Positions 28,625 through 41,656 of a stretch of 64,000 nucleotides of DNA are shown piece by piece (within the stretch, counting starts at the first letter, position 1; the number at the start of each line of letters is the position of its first letter). Origin of the DNA: Planctomycetota bacterium. Its GTDB lineage: Bacteria > Planctomycetota > UBA1135 > UBA2386. A model generated the notes under the pieces. That model did no database searches. It saw only the letters and a list, made by a program, of their open reading frames with translations, and was not told the origin of the DNA. The translations under genes were made by a program, and so were the position numbers. The stretch lies in assembly GCA_046290465.1 (NCBI GenBank), contig JBKAGP010000001.1, forward strand, positions 4,896,001-4,960,000, given 5' to 3'.

Positions 28625-29715
28625 GCATCCTCATCAAGGTCGCGATCGGCCTCGCGCTGTTCGTCGGTTCGCTGGTCGGTGGCCTCGCGGTGACCGGGCG
28701 GCTCAACCACGAGGGCACCGCGAACATCCCGGTGCTCAACGGCTTCTTCCCCGAACCGCCGGCGGTCGAAGGGGAGGAGGGCGCGGACGGGCACGCCGAG
28801 GGCACGCACGCCGGCGACGACACCCATGTCGCCGAGGGCGCGCATGTCGGCAACGAGCACACGGGCACGGCCGAGGCGAGCGGCGAGCAGGGGCCGAAGA
28901 AGCCCAGCAAGCGCGTCACCGGCCGTTCGGTGGTCAACCCGGAGGAACCGAAGTCGGACAGCCACGGCGGCGGCCACGGTGACGACGGCCACGGCGACGA
29001 CGCGCACGGCGACGGCCACGGTGCCGATGCGCACGGCGGCGGCCACGCGGCGCCGCACGGTGAGACCGCGCCGCAGGCTGGCCACCGGCCGGCCGGCCAC
29101 GGCGAGACCAGCCACGAGGCCAGCCACGAGACCAAGGCCGAGGACGACTTCCACAAGCTCGAGGCGGCCCAGGGCAAGACCGGCTACAAGCCGGGCGCGT
29201 ACTTCCACTTCGACGGCATGCCGTCGGGCATGACCGCCGAGCAGATCAACGCGGCGTGGCAGAGCGTGCAGGGCGTGCTCGCGACGATCGAGCAGCGCAA
29301 GGTCGCGCTCGACCTGCGCGAGAAGGAACTGCATGAACTGGCCGACGACATCAGCCGACGCCAGAAGGACCTCGGCGCGCTGCAGCTCGACATCGAGCAG
29401 ATGCAGAAGGCGCTCGACGCCAAGATCGCGCGGTTCGAGAACACCGTGATCCTGGTCAAGGACGAGGAGGTCCAGAAGCTAAAGGAGAACGCCGAGATCA
29501 TGGCGTCGTTCGAGAGCACCAAGGCGGCCGAGCTGGTCCAGCAGCAGTGGGCCAGCGAGCGCGGTCAGGAGGAGGTCCTGCGGCTGTTCAAGTTCATGGA
29601 GAAGGAGTCGGTCAACGAGATCCTCGCGCAGCTGCCCAACCCGATGGTCCAGGACATCCTCGAGAAGCGCATGCAGGTGTCCAGAGAGGCCAAGGCAACG
29701 GGCGGTCGGGACTGA
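28618..29715 (+). CDS. MotE/YlxF/FlbB-like membrane-anchored flagellar protein with a His-rich low-complexity insert
   Basis: N-terminal TM, His/Gly/Asp-rich tract, coiled coil, C-terminal MgtE_N-like (KLKENAEIMASFESTKAAELV...LFKFME....EILAQL); position after fliJ. Confidence 0.7.
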   Translation: MVGILIKVAIGLALFVGSLVGGLAVTGRLNHEGTANIPVLNGFFPEPPAVEGEEGADGHAEGTHAGDDTHVAEGAHVGNEHTGTAEASGEQGPKKPSKRVTGRSVVNPEEPKSDSHGGGHGDDGHGDDAHGDGHGADAHGGGHAAPHGETAPQAGHRPAGHGETSHEASHETKAEDDFHKLEAAQGKTGYKPGAYFHFDGMPSGMTAEQINAAWQSVQGVLATIEQRKVALDLREKELHELADDISRRQKDLGALQLDIEQMQKALDAKIARFENTVILVKDEEVQKLKENAEIMASFESTKAAELVQQQWASERGQEEVLRLFKFMEKESVNEILAQLPNPMVQDILEKRMQVSREAKATGGRD

Positions 29716-29727
29716 CCGCCGAATCCT

Positions 29728-29755
29728 TCAACACGTCCGCACGGACTGCCGATAT
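29728..29755 (+). promoter_or_regulatory. Putative sigma28-type promoter upstream of fliL
   Basis: TCAA-N16-GCCGATAT in the motE-fliL gap. Confidence 0.6.
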
Positions 29756-29792
29756 CGACGATGGCGAGGATCGGCAAGCGGAGTAGAGCAAC

Positions 29793-30302
29793 GTGGCCGA
29801 CGACAAGAAGAAAGAAGACAGCAACGACGAGGGCAAGAAGAAGGGCCTGTCCCCCCTCGTGATGATCGCCATCGGCGCACTCGTCGGTGGTGCCGGGGTC
29901 GTATTCGCGATCCCGCCCAAGACCGTCGAGGTCGAGGTCGAGGCGCCGCCGCTGGAGTACGTCGAGGTCGAGCATCCGGACCTGATCCTGCACACGTTCA
30001 ACCCGCGGCAACGGGCCGGCAAGGGCGTGGCCAAGGTGTCGTTCCGGTTCGTGTTCACGGTGCGCGAGGACCTGCAGGACGCCGCCTACGAGGCGATGAA
30101 GCTGCACTGGAACATGGCCAACTCGAAGGTCCTGTCGGTGCTGCGCAGTCGCAGCGTCAAGGAACTGCAGTCGGAGACCGGCGAGCGCATGCTCGAGCAC
30201 GATCTGATCAAGGCGCTCAACGAAGTGTTCTTCCACGTCGAGGGCGGCGACCCGATCGCGCAGATCACCGAGATCATGTGGGGCGAGATCCTGCTGCAGT
30301 GA
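29793..30302 (+). CDS. fliL: Flagellar basal body-associated FliL
   Basis: KKKG + TM; VLSVLRSRSVKELQSETGERML...LIKALN; ends EILLQ; precedes fliM. Confidence 0.85.
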   Translation: MADDKKKEDSNDEGKKKGLSPLVMIAIGALVGGAGVVFAIPPKTVEVEVEAPPLEYVEVEHPDLILHTFNPRQRAGKGVAKVSFRFVFTVREDLQDAAYEAMKLHWNMANSKVLSVLRSRSVKELQSETGERMLEHDLIKALNEVFFHVEGGDPIAQITEIMWGEILLQ

Positions 30303-30350
30303 CGCCCGCGAGCCGCCCCCCAGCGAACCCCTTCCCCCCGAGAGACCCCC

Positions 30351-31349
30351 GTGAACGAGATCCTGAGCAACGAAGAGATCGACACCCTGCTGGACATGTT
30401 CCGCACGGAGGGTGCCGCGCTCGAGACGGAGGTCTCCGATCCGGAGCCGACGATGGCGCCGATCGAGGCGCCCGACGGGCGCGTCATCAGCCACGTCGAC
30501 CTGCTCAAGCCCAACCGACTCGGCCGCGAACAGCTGCGCGGCATCGAGCGCTACTTCGAGAGCGCCGGCAAGCTGCTGTCGGCGACGATCAGCGACAAGC
30601 TGCGTCTCGACACCCGCTGTGACTGCGTCGCCGTCGAACAGCTGCGCTTCTCGAGCTGGCTCGATCAACTGCCCGGCCCGGTCTCGATCTACGTACTCGA
30701 GATGGAGCCGTTCCGGCAGCCGTGCCTGCTGACGGTCAGCACCAGCCTGCTCTACGGCGCCGTCGACCGCATCCTCGGCGGCTCGGGCAAGGTCAAGGCG
30801 GTGCCGAAGGACTTCACCGCGGCCGAGCACACCGTCGCCGAGGCGCTGGTTGCCCCCTGCCTCGACCGCATCTGCGAGGCGCTCAGCGAGGTCGTCGAGC
30901 TGAAGTGGAAGATCGCCAACCGCTTCTGCAACCCGTCGATGGCCCAGATCCTGCCGTCGCAGGACGTCGTGCTGTCGATCTACTTCCAGGCCACCGGCGA
31001 CTTCCTGATCGGCGACCTGCGCCTGGTGATCCCGTTCGTGGCGCTCGAACCGCTGCTGGAGCGCTTCGGCCGCGACTCGGTCTCGCAGCTCGAGCCCGGG
31101 GCGATGCGCCAGACGATGGGCGAGACCGTCAACGAGATGCCGGTCGACCTGTCGGTCAACCTCGGCGCCTCCCGCATCCGGCTCGGCCAGCTGCTCAAGC
31201 TGCAGGCCGGCGACGTCATCCCGCTGGCGACCCGCTTCGGTCAACCTGCGGTCGTCCCCGTCATGGGCAAGCCCAAATTCACCGCACATCTCGGCAGGAT
31301 CGGCAACAGGTTGGGTGCGCGAATTGCCGATGTGATGGGCGGTAACTGA
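30351..31349 (+). CDS. fliM: Flagellar motor switch protein FliM
   Basis: CheY-binding ILSNEEIDTLL, DLLKPNRL..EQLR, VDRILGGSG, FTAAE, C-terminal SPOA domain. Confidence 0.93.
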   Translation: MNEILSNEEIDTLLDMFRTEGAALETEVSDPEPTMAPIEAPDGRVISHVDLLKPNRLGREQLRGIERYFESAGKLLSATISDKLRLDTRCDCVAVEQLRFSSWLDQLPGPVSIYVLEMEPFRQPCLLTVSTSLLYGAVDRILGGSGKVKAVPKDFTAAEHTVAEALVAPCLDRICEALSEVVELKWKIANRFCNPSMAQILPSQDVVLSIYFQATGDFLIGDLRLVIPFVALEPLLERFGRDSVSQLEPGAMRQTMGETVNEMPVDLSVNLGASRIRLGQLLKLQAGDVIPLATRFGQPAVVPVMGKPKFTAHLGRIGNRLGARIADVMGGN

Positions 31350-31354
31350 GATCC

Positions 31355-31771
31355 ATGACCGAGAACGAACAACCAGCCGGGGAACCGCAGCAGCAGGCCG
31401 ATGACTGGGCCGGCGCGGCGGAGCTCGCCCAGGCGGGCGCGGAGCTCGCCTCGGCGGCGATCCAGCCGGTCGCGTTCGGCCAACTCGGACAGGGTGTTGA
31501 GAGCGGGGACTCGCAGAACCTGGACCTGCTGCTCGACGTCGAGATCCCGATCTCGGTCGAGGTCGGGCGCGCGCAGATGAGCCTGGAGGACGTGCTGAAG
31601 CTGGTCCCCGGCAGCGTGATCGCGCTCGACAAGAAGGCCGAGGAGCCGGTCGACCTGCGCGTCAACGGCAAGCTGGTCGCGCGCGGCGAGGTCGTGCTCG
31701 TCGACGATGTCTACGGCCTGCGCGTCACCCAGATCGTCGACGCCGCCGGCCGCATCGAGAGCCTGCGCTGA
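31355..31771 (+). CDS. fliN: Flagellar motor switch protein FliN
   Basis: NLDLLLDVEIPISVEVGR, GSVIALDK.AEEPVDLRVNGKLVARGEVVLVDDVYGLRVTQI. Confidence 0.95.
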   Translation: MTENEQPAGEPQQQADDWAGAAELAQAGAELASAAIQPVAFGQLGQGVESGDSQNLDLLLDVEIPISVEVGRAQMSLEDVLKLVPGSVIALDKKAEEPVDLRVNGKLVARGEVVLVDDVYGLRVTQIVDAAGRIESLR

Positions 31772-31851
31772 CAGCGCGCCGCTGGTCCGCCGCCGATCGC
31801 CGCGTTGCGAGGCCTTGAGGACGATGGGCCTCGCCAGCTAGGCTCCGGCCG

Positions 31852-33072
31852 GTGAGCAAGCATCAGTTCGTGCTCGAACTCGGCCGCGCCATGCACGCGC
31901 TCGGCAGTCCGTCGTACCGTGTCGAGGACACGATGGTCGCGTGCAGTCGTTCGTTCGGCATGGACGGCAACTTCTTCGCGACGCCGACCGCGATCTTCCT
32001 GGCGGCCGGGGCGCCCGGTGAGGAGGTGCGCACGACGCTGCTGCGGGTCTCGCCAGGCGACCACGACCTCGGTCGGCTGGCGGCGCTCTACGGCATTCGC
32101 GACCGCGTCGTCGGCGGCGAGATGTCGCCGGAGCAGGGCCTGGTCGAGGTGCGCGCGGTGCTGGCCGCGGCGGACACGCGGGTCTGGCCGGACATCGTCG
32201 GACAGACGCTGGTGGGAGGCGGCGCGGCCACCCTGCTCGGCGGCGGTCCGAGCGAGGTCGCGTGCGCCTCGGCCGCCGGCCTGCTGGCGGCGCTGATCGG
32301 TTGGCTGGCACGGCGTCGGCCGAGCCTCGGCGACGTGCAGGCGGCGCTGACCTGTGCCGCGGTCGCGTTCTTCGTGCGCAGCGTTGCGTCGCTGTGGCAG
32401 CCGCTGAGCGTGCCGGTCACGACGCTGAGCGCGATCATCGTGCTGTTGCCGGGGCTGTCGTTCACGACGGCGCTGGCCGAACTGGCGATGCGGCACCTCG
32501 CTGCCGGCAGCGCCCGGCTGATGGGGGCGCTGGCGGTGTTCGTCACGATGGCGATCGGCGTCGGCATCGGCGATCGCCTGGCGGTGGGCCTGTTCGGTGG
32601 CGTCGACGTCGATGCCCCGGCGCCGCTCGGTCCGCTGGCGCTCGCCGCCGCCTTGATCGCCAACTGGATCGCGTTCGTGCTGCTGCTGCGCGGCACGCCG
32701 CGGCAGTCGCCGTGGGTGCTGATGGCGGTCGTGGCCGGGTTCTTCGGCGCGCGGCTGGGCGGCGCGGTGCTCGAGGACGAACTCGGTGCGGTCGTCGGCG
32801 CGATGGCGGTCGCGCTGCTCGGCAACCTCTACTCACGCTGGCTGCGCCAGCCCGCGGCGATCGTGCGAACGCCCGGTCTGCTGCTGCTGGTGCCGGGCAG
32901 CCTCGGCTTCTCCGGACTGACCACGGCGATCTCCGGCGACTTCACGTCGAGCGCGCCGTTCGTGTTCCGCATGCTGCTGGTCGGCGGCTCGATCGTCGCG
33001 GGCCTGCTGTTCGCGGGTGTGCTGCTGCCGCCGCCGCTCGAGGTCGAGCCGGGCAGCCGCCGCGAGCCCTAA
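31852..33072 (+). CDS. Threonine/serine exporter family protein (ThrE plus ThrE_2)
   Basis: LGRAMHALGSPSYRVEDTM, IIVLLPGLSFTTALAEL...L.AGSARL, PGLLLLVPGS; about 10 TM segments. Confidence 0.88.
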   Translation: MSKHQFVLELGRAMHALGSPSYRVEDTMVACSRSFGMDGNFFATPTAIFLAAGAPGEEVRTTLLRVSPGDHDLGRLAALYGIRDRVVGGEMSPEQGLVEVRAVLAAADTRVWPDIVGQTLVGGGAATLLGGGPSEVACASAAGLLAALIGWLARRRPSLGDVQAALTCAAVAFFVRSVASLWQPLSVPVTTLSAIIVLLPGLSFTTALAELAMRHLAAGSARLMGALAVFVTMAIGVGIGDRLAVGLFGGVDVDAPAPLGPLALAAALIANWIAFVLLLRGTPRQSPWVLMAVVAGFFGARLGGAVLEDELGAVVGAMAVALLGNLYSRWLRQPAAIVRTPGLLLLVPGSLGFSGLTTAISGDFTSSAPFVFRMLLVGGSIVAGLLFAGVLLPPPLEVEPGSRREP

Positions 33073-33104
33073 TCGCCGCGAGCCCTGATCGCCGCGAGCC
33101 CTGA
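33058..33104. repeat. 16-bp tandem repeat CGCCGCGAGCCCT(A/G)AT x3 spanning the thrE stop codon
   Basis: Copies at 33058-33073, 33074-33089, 33090-33104. Confidence 0.85.
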
Positions 33105-33152
33105 CCGGACCGAACGGGTCGGTACGGCGCTTGCACTCGGGCGGCCCGTCCC

Positions 33153-35069
33153 ATGATTCTGTCCCCTCGCAGCGTCACCCTGTTCGCGCTGCTGTGCGCG
33201 CCCGTCGTGGCGCAGCAGCGCATCGAGCATTCGACCGACGTCTATCCCGGCGGCGACACCTACCCGGACTGGATCGTCTCGCGGGTGGTGGACGACCTGA
33301 CCGGCGCGCCGATCGCCGGCGCCGACGTCTACCTCGTCAAGGAGGCCGAGACGCCGATCGCCGGCGAGTTCTGGTACACGCGCAAGGTGCAGACCGACCG
33401 CGACGGCTGGCTGCGCGCGCCGGTCGGCGACATCGACGGCGAGTGGCACATGCAGGTGCTGCGGCATCCGCGCTACGGCGTCGCGGCGCGGCACGGCCGG
33501 GGTGATGCGATCTGGCGGGTCGGGCGGCCGTTCGACGTGCCGGTGCGCATCGTCGACTGGCGTGGCGCGCCGGTCGCGGGCGCCCGCATCGGGTTCTGCG
33601 GCGGCTGCGGCCACACGCCCGACCTCGCCAACGCGACCACCGCGGCCGACGGGGTCGCGGTGTTGCGGCAGATCGACCCGCACAGCGACATCGGCGACGT
33701 CTACGTGCAGCACGCCGGCCTCGGCCTCGGCTACGACAGCGTGCGATGGAACCCCGGCGAGGGCCCGGAGGTGGTGCGGTGCCGCTGGGCGCCGGCGATG
33801 ACCGGCACGGTCGTCGACCACCTCGGCCAGCCGATCGGCGGCGCGTTCGTCGCGGCGCTGGACGTGCATCGCGGGCCGTGGGCGCGCACCGCCGCGGACG
33901 GCACGTTCACGTTGCTCGGGGGGCCGCCGGAGCTCGGGCCGAGCCACGTGCGGTTCGCCAACGGCCGACAGGTGTGGTTCGACGAGGCGACGCGGTTCCC
34001 GGTGACGCTGCGCGTGCCCGACCCGAACGGCGGCGAGCCGACCCAGGGCGTGATGGTGCAGCCGGACGGTGCTGCGTCCGCGCCGGCGACGCGCAAGCTG
34101 CGCCTCCGGCTGACCGGCGACGATTCGCTGCTCGCCACCGCCGTCTGGCCGGGCGCACCGAAGCGGCGGTCGAGCGACGACGAGGTGCTGGAGGTGCCGG
34201 CGACCGGCCCGTTCGTGATCTCGGTGTACGCCACCGAAGGGGCGCGCGGGCGACCGTTCCGGCGCGACCACTTCTTCGCCGACGCGTCGCAGCTGCCGCC
34301 GGAGCCGGTGGAGCTGGCCTGGTTCGCGCCGCTCGAAGTGGTCGGTCGGGTCGTCGATGCGCGCGGCCTGCCGGTCGCGTCGCGGGTGTTCGTGCGCGAG
34401 AACTGGAGCGTCAGCGAACTGCGGGAGGCCGAGCCGGGCCATGCCCAGCCCGGGTTCCGGATCGCGACGCACGTGAGCGGTCGCACGCTGCTCGAGGTCG
34501 TGCCGGCCGACCGCGCGCTGCGGCCGCGGCTGATGTGGATCGTGCTGCCCGAGCGCGGCACCGCGCCGCGCCTCGACCTCGGCGACGTCGTGGTGCGCGA
34601 ACGTGCCCAGCTGCGCGTGCTCGCGGCCGACGGCCGGGCGCTCGCCGGTCGCGAGGTATCGTGGGCCCGCGCCGGTTGCCAGGAGGTCGCGCACATGCGG
34701 GCGTTCGCCCTCGACGAGGACGGCGGCTGGCTCGGCCCGGACCTGCTGGCCGGCGATGCGCTGGTGGTGCGCGCGTCGGACGACGCGGTGCCGTTCCGCA
34801 CGGTGCTCGCAGGCGTTGGGCCGTGGACGATCACCGCGCCGGACGGGCGGCTCGAACTCGACGTCGTCGACGACCAGGGCGCGCCGTGCAAGGTGACCTG
34901 CGTCGTCGGCGACCACGACCGGCTGGTGCGGCCGGGCAAGCCGCTGCTCGGCCTGCCGCGCGGTCGTTCGACGCTCTACCTCAGCGCCGAGGGGTTTCGG
35001 ACCGCGATCGTGGACGCGGTGGTCGGCGACGCGACCGTGCGGGTGCGCGTCGCGCTGCAGAAGCGCTGA
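33153..35069 (+). CDS. Secreted protein with repeated carboxypeptidase-regulatory-like (beta-sandwich) modules
   Basis: Signal peptide ...APVVAQ; about six (G)xVVDxxGxP(I/V)AGAxV-like repeats; one CGGCGH. Confidence 0.65.
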   Translation: MILSPRSVTLFALLCAPVVAQQRIEHSTDVYPGGDTYPDWIVSRVVDDLTGAPIAGADVYLVKEAETPIAGEFWYTRKVQTDRDGWLRAPVGDIDGEWHMQVLRHPRYGVAARHGRGDAIWRVGRPFDVPVRIVDWRGAPVAGARIGFCGGCGHTPDLANATTAADGVAVLRQIDPHSDIGDVYVQHAGLGLGYDSVRWNPGEGPEVVRCRWAPAMTGTVVDHLGQPIGGAFVAALDVHRGPWARTAADGTFTLLGGPPELGPSHVRFANGRQVWFDEATRFPVTLRVPDPNGGEPTQGVMVQPDGAASAPATRKLRLRLTGDDSLLATAVWPGAPKRRSSDDEVLEVPATGPFVISVYATEGARGRPFRRDHFFADASQLPPEPVELAWFAPLEVVGRVVDARGLPVASRVFVRENWSVSELREAEPGHAQPGFRIATHVSGRTLLEVVPADRALRPRLMWIVLPERGTAPRLDLGDVVVRERAQLRVLAADGRALAGREVSWARAGCQEVAHMRAFALDEDGGWLGPDLLAGDALVVRASDDAVPFRTVLAGVGPWTITAPDGRLELDVVDDQGAPCKVTCVVGDHDRLVRPGKPLLGLPRGRSTLYLSAEGFRTAIVDAVVGDATVRVRVALQKR

Positions 35070-38824
<3,755 letters not shown>

Positions 38825-38828
<4 letters not shown>

Positions 38829-39829
38829 GTGTGGGTTCCAGCCTTCCGGTCGGCGGAGGCGATGAAGGTCGTCGGCAGGTCGCGGTCCTCGGACGCGGCC
38901 TCGTGCAGCTCGACCTCGACGTTGCAGAGTCCGGCTTCGTGCAGCCACTCGCGGATGCGCGTGGTCGCGAAGCCCTGCCAGATCACGCCGAGGTCCTTCT
39001 GCAGCCACTCACGGTCGGGCTGCGGTCGGTCCTCGGGCGCGGTGAAGTCGACGAGCACCACGCGGCCGCCGGGGCGGACGACGCGGGCCAGTTCGCGGAT
39101 CGCGTCGCGCGGCGACGGCACGTAGTGCAGCACCATGTGCGCCAGCACGGCGTCGACCTCGCCGTCCGCGAGCGGCAGGTCGGTGGCGGTGCCCTGCCGC
39201 AGTTCGACGCGGCCCGGGTCCGGCAGCGTCGTGCGCTTGGCCTCGGCCGCCGCCAGCATCGCTTCGGACTGGTCGACGGCGACGATGTGCATGCCCAGCC
39301 GGGCCATCTCCATTGCGAGCACGCCGGTGCCGGTCCCGACGTCGGCGATCTTCAGGCCGCGCGGCACCAGCCGCCCGATCGCGCGGGCGCGCTGCAGGTC
39401 GTCTTGGAACACCTTGCGCAGCCGGTCCCACTCGGCGCCGAGCGAGTCGAAGAACTCGCGGCTGCCGAGCGTGCGCGCGCGCAGCAGCGCGTCGAGCGCC
39501 TCGGCATCGGCGGCGATCTGCGGGTCGTCGCGCAGCGACTCGCGCGCCAGCGACCACGCGCTGCACCACGCACCTTCGCCGGGCGGTTTGAAGCGCGAGT
39601 AGCAGAACGCGCCGTCGCGCCGTTCGGCGAGCAGTCCCTGATCCTTGAGGTGGGCGAGGTGCCGCGAGACCGTCGACTGCGGCAGGTCGAGCACCTTGAC
39701 GACGTCGGCGACGGACAGCTCCTGTCGCTCGAGCAGGGCGAGCAGCCGCAGGCGCGTGCTGTCGCCGAGGGTCTTCACGACCCGCTGGAAGGCGTCGACG
39801 GTCATCGGGAGGTCGGTGAGTGTATCCAT
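38825..39829 (-). CDS. sahR: ArsR-family HTH plus SAM-binding methyltransferase domain regulator (SahR/SamR type)
   Basis: [13 protein letters not shown]...ELSV......[32 protein letters not shown]; coupled to metH (alternative ATG 39805). Confidence 0.85.
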
Positions 39830-39841
39830 TCATCCGGATAT
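39822..39841. promoter_or_regulatory. Putative SahR-type operator
   Basis: GTATCCATTCATCCGGATAT (TATCC-N8-GGATA dyad) at the 5' end of the sahR-metH operon. Confidence 0.6.
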
Positions 39842-39961
39842 GTGAATACCCGTCCTGGGATCGGCTGCTGGCCCTTGGGATCTCGGGGAAGGAAGCTCGG
39901 CCGGCAAGATCGCCCGGGTCCGGCGGGGCGCAGGCCCGTTCCGCCGAGCGGAGCCGGGAGC

Positions 39962-40858
39962 TCAGTCGCCCAGTACCTCGTTCCCGTCGCGCTGCAGCAG
40001 CGTCTTCAGCAGCGGGGGTTCGAACCGACGCGGCACCGTGATCGCGTAGAAGGTCTCGAACAGGTCTGGTAACACACAGTACTGCTGGAGTTTACGTTCG
40101 CGGAGCTCGTCGCGCACGACGACCGTCGGGACCACCGCCAGCGCGTCGGTGTCGCGGGCGAGCAGGCGCAGCAGCGCCATGTCGTCGACCTCGGCCTGCA
40201 GCTGGTAGCGAACCCCCAGACGGCTGCAGAGCACGTCGAAGCTGGGGCGGATGTCGCTGGCGTGGCTGGGCAGCACCAGCGGCCGGCCGGCGAGGTCCTC
40301 GGGAAACCGGAACTTCCTTCGCCCCCGTCGCGGCTTGCCGACCAGGCTGACCGGCTGGCGCGCGATCCGTCGACAGCGCCACGGGTCGTCGGCCGTCGCC
40401 TGCACGCGCTGGTTGGAGAGCACCAGGTCGAGGCTGTGCACGCGCAGGCCCTGCAGCAGTTCGCGCAGGCTTCCCGACTGCAGCGACAATTGCACGTCGT
40501 CGCGCGGCAGCAGGGGGCGCAGCAGGTTCTCCTGGAAGTTGCGCGACAGCGTCGCGACGGCGCCGACGCGCAGGGTCTGGCGTTCGGGGTGCTGTTGGTC
40601 GCGGAGCACCGACAGCAGTTCGTCGCCGGTCGAGAAGATCGTCTCGGCGTAGCCGAGCGCCACCTGGCCGGCCTCGGTCAGCGTCATCGCGCGGCCGGCC
40701 CGCACGAACAGCGGTTGGCCGATCTGCGTCTCGAGCTTCTGGATCTGGGTCGAGAGTGCGCTCTGCGACACGTGCAGCCGGGTCGCCGCGCGCGTCAGGT
40801 TGCCCTCCTTCGCGACCGCCCAGAAGTAGTGGAGGTGGTGGTAGTTCAGGTTCGCCAC
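39962..40858 (-). CDS. LysR-family regulator, NhaR-like
   Basis: GTG at 40858; LNYHHLHYFWAVAKEGNLTRAA..LHVSQSALSTQI..LE; LRVGAVATLSRNFQ; AEVDDMALLRLLA. Confidence 0.92.
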   Translation of the reverse strand: MANLNYHHLHYFWAVAKEGNLTRAATRLHVSQSALSTQIQKLETQIGQPLFVRAGRAMTLTEAGQVALGYAETIFSTGDELLSVLRDQQHPERQTLRVGAVATLSRNFQENLLRPLLPRDDVQLSLQSGSLRELLQGLRVHSLDLVLSNQRVQATADDPWRCRRIARQPVSLVGKPRRGRRKFRFPEDLAGRPLVLPSHASDIRPSFDVLCSRLGVRYQLQAEVDDMALLRLLARDTDALAVVPTVVVRDELRERKLQQYCVLPDLFETFYAITVPRRFEPPLLKTLLQRDGNEVLGD

Positions 40859-40892
40859 GGGTTCGCCTGGGTCGTCTTCGCCTGGGTTGTCG

Positions 40893-40915
40893 ATCGTTCT
40901 CTCAAACAGAACGAT
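40893..40915. promoter_or_regulatory. LysR-type operator, perfect inverted repeat ATCGTTCT-N7-AGAACGAT
   Basis: Contains T-N11-A (40898-40910); lies between the LysR and a divergent ORF. Confidence 0.7.
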
Positions 40916-41056
40916 ACGCGGCGAACTTGGAATTGGATAGATGGATCGCCAGCGCCGAGAACAGCCGCCGTGCAACAGGCTCGCCAACGTCGTCGACCGC
41001 CGGCTCGAGCGCCGCTCCACGGTCGCTCGCCGCTGGCGTCGCCACCGGCCCAATCC

Positions 41057-41656
41057 ATGACTCTCGACATGAACCGATCCCCTGACCTCACTCCGGCCAC
41101 GGCAACGCTCGTCGGCGACGCTCCGATCGACCTCCCCACCGACGCGGTGCGCCCCCGGCGCGAACACGCCGTGCTCGCGATCGTGCACGACACCGACCGC
41201 GTCGCCGAGATCTGCGAGCAGATCTCGGCCTACTTCGCATTCCAGTGCGAGGCCAACCCGCGCGGCTTCGACAGCCAGCTGGCCGCGGTCTGGATCGCGG
41301 ACGGGCCCGAACCGGAGCCGTCGGTGGCGGCCCGGTTCGCCCAAGGGGCGGAGCAGGTGCCGTGCCCGCTGGTCGAGGTTGCCGGCGTCTGGTCCCTGAT
41401 ACCGATCACCAGCCGCGAGCCATCCGGCGCGGGCTGGTCGCACGCAGGGTTGCTGCGCACGATCACCCAGCGGGCCTCGGGCGTCGGCGCGTCTGGCCGG
41501 TTGCTGCCGGTGTTCCGCGCGGGTTGCGAACGGGCAGACGTCGCCAACCGGCTGGCGGTCCTGCGACGCGAGTTCGGTGCCGAGATCCTCGGCGAGCCGA
41601 TGCAGCAGGACCGAGCGACGGGAGCGATCTCGGGGCTGTCGCTGTCGGGGCTCTAA
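41057..41656 (+). CDS. Hypothetical protein divergent from the NhaR-like LysR
   Basis: ATG 41057 (or 41069), coding-like GC3 bias, fills the gap; no family recognised. Confidence 0.55.
   Translation: MTLDMNRSPDLTPATATLVGDAPIDLPTDAVRPRREHAVLAIVHDTDRVAEICEQISAYFAFQCEANPRGFDSQLAAVWIADGPEPEPSVAARFAQGAEQVPCPLVEVAGVWSLIPITSREPSGAGWSHAGLLRTITQRASGVGASGRLLPVFRAGCERADVANRLAVLRREFGAEILGEPMQQDRATGAISGLSLSGL

Noticed and set aside
22412..31771. Non-flagellar injectisome
   Set aside because: FlgB, FlgC, FliE, FliL and a CheY-binding FliM are flagellum-specific; no secretin or needle gene is seen.
33595..33615. c-type heme-binding motif
   Set aside because: The sequence is CxxCxH, not CxxCH.
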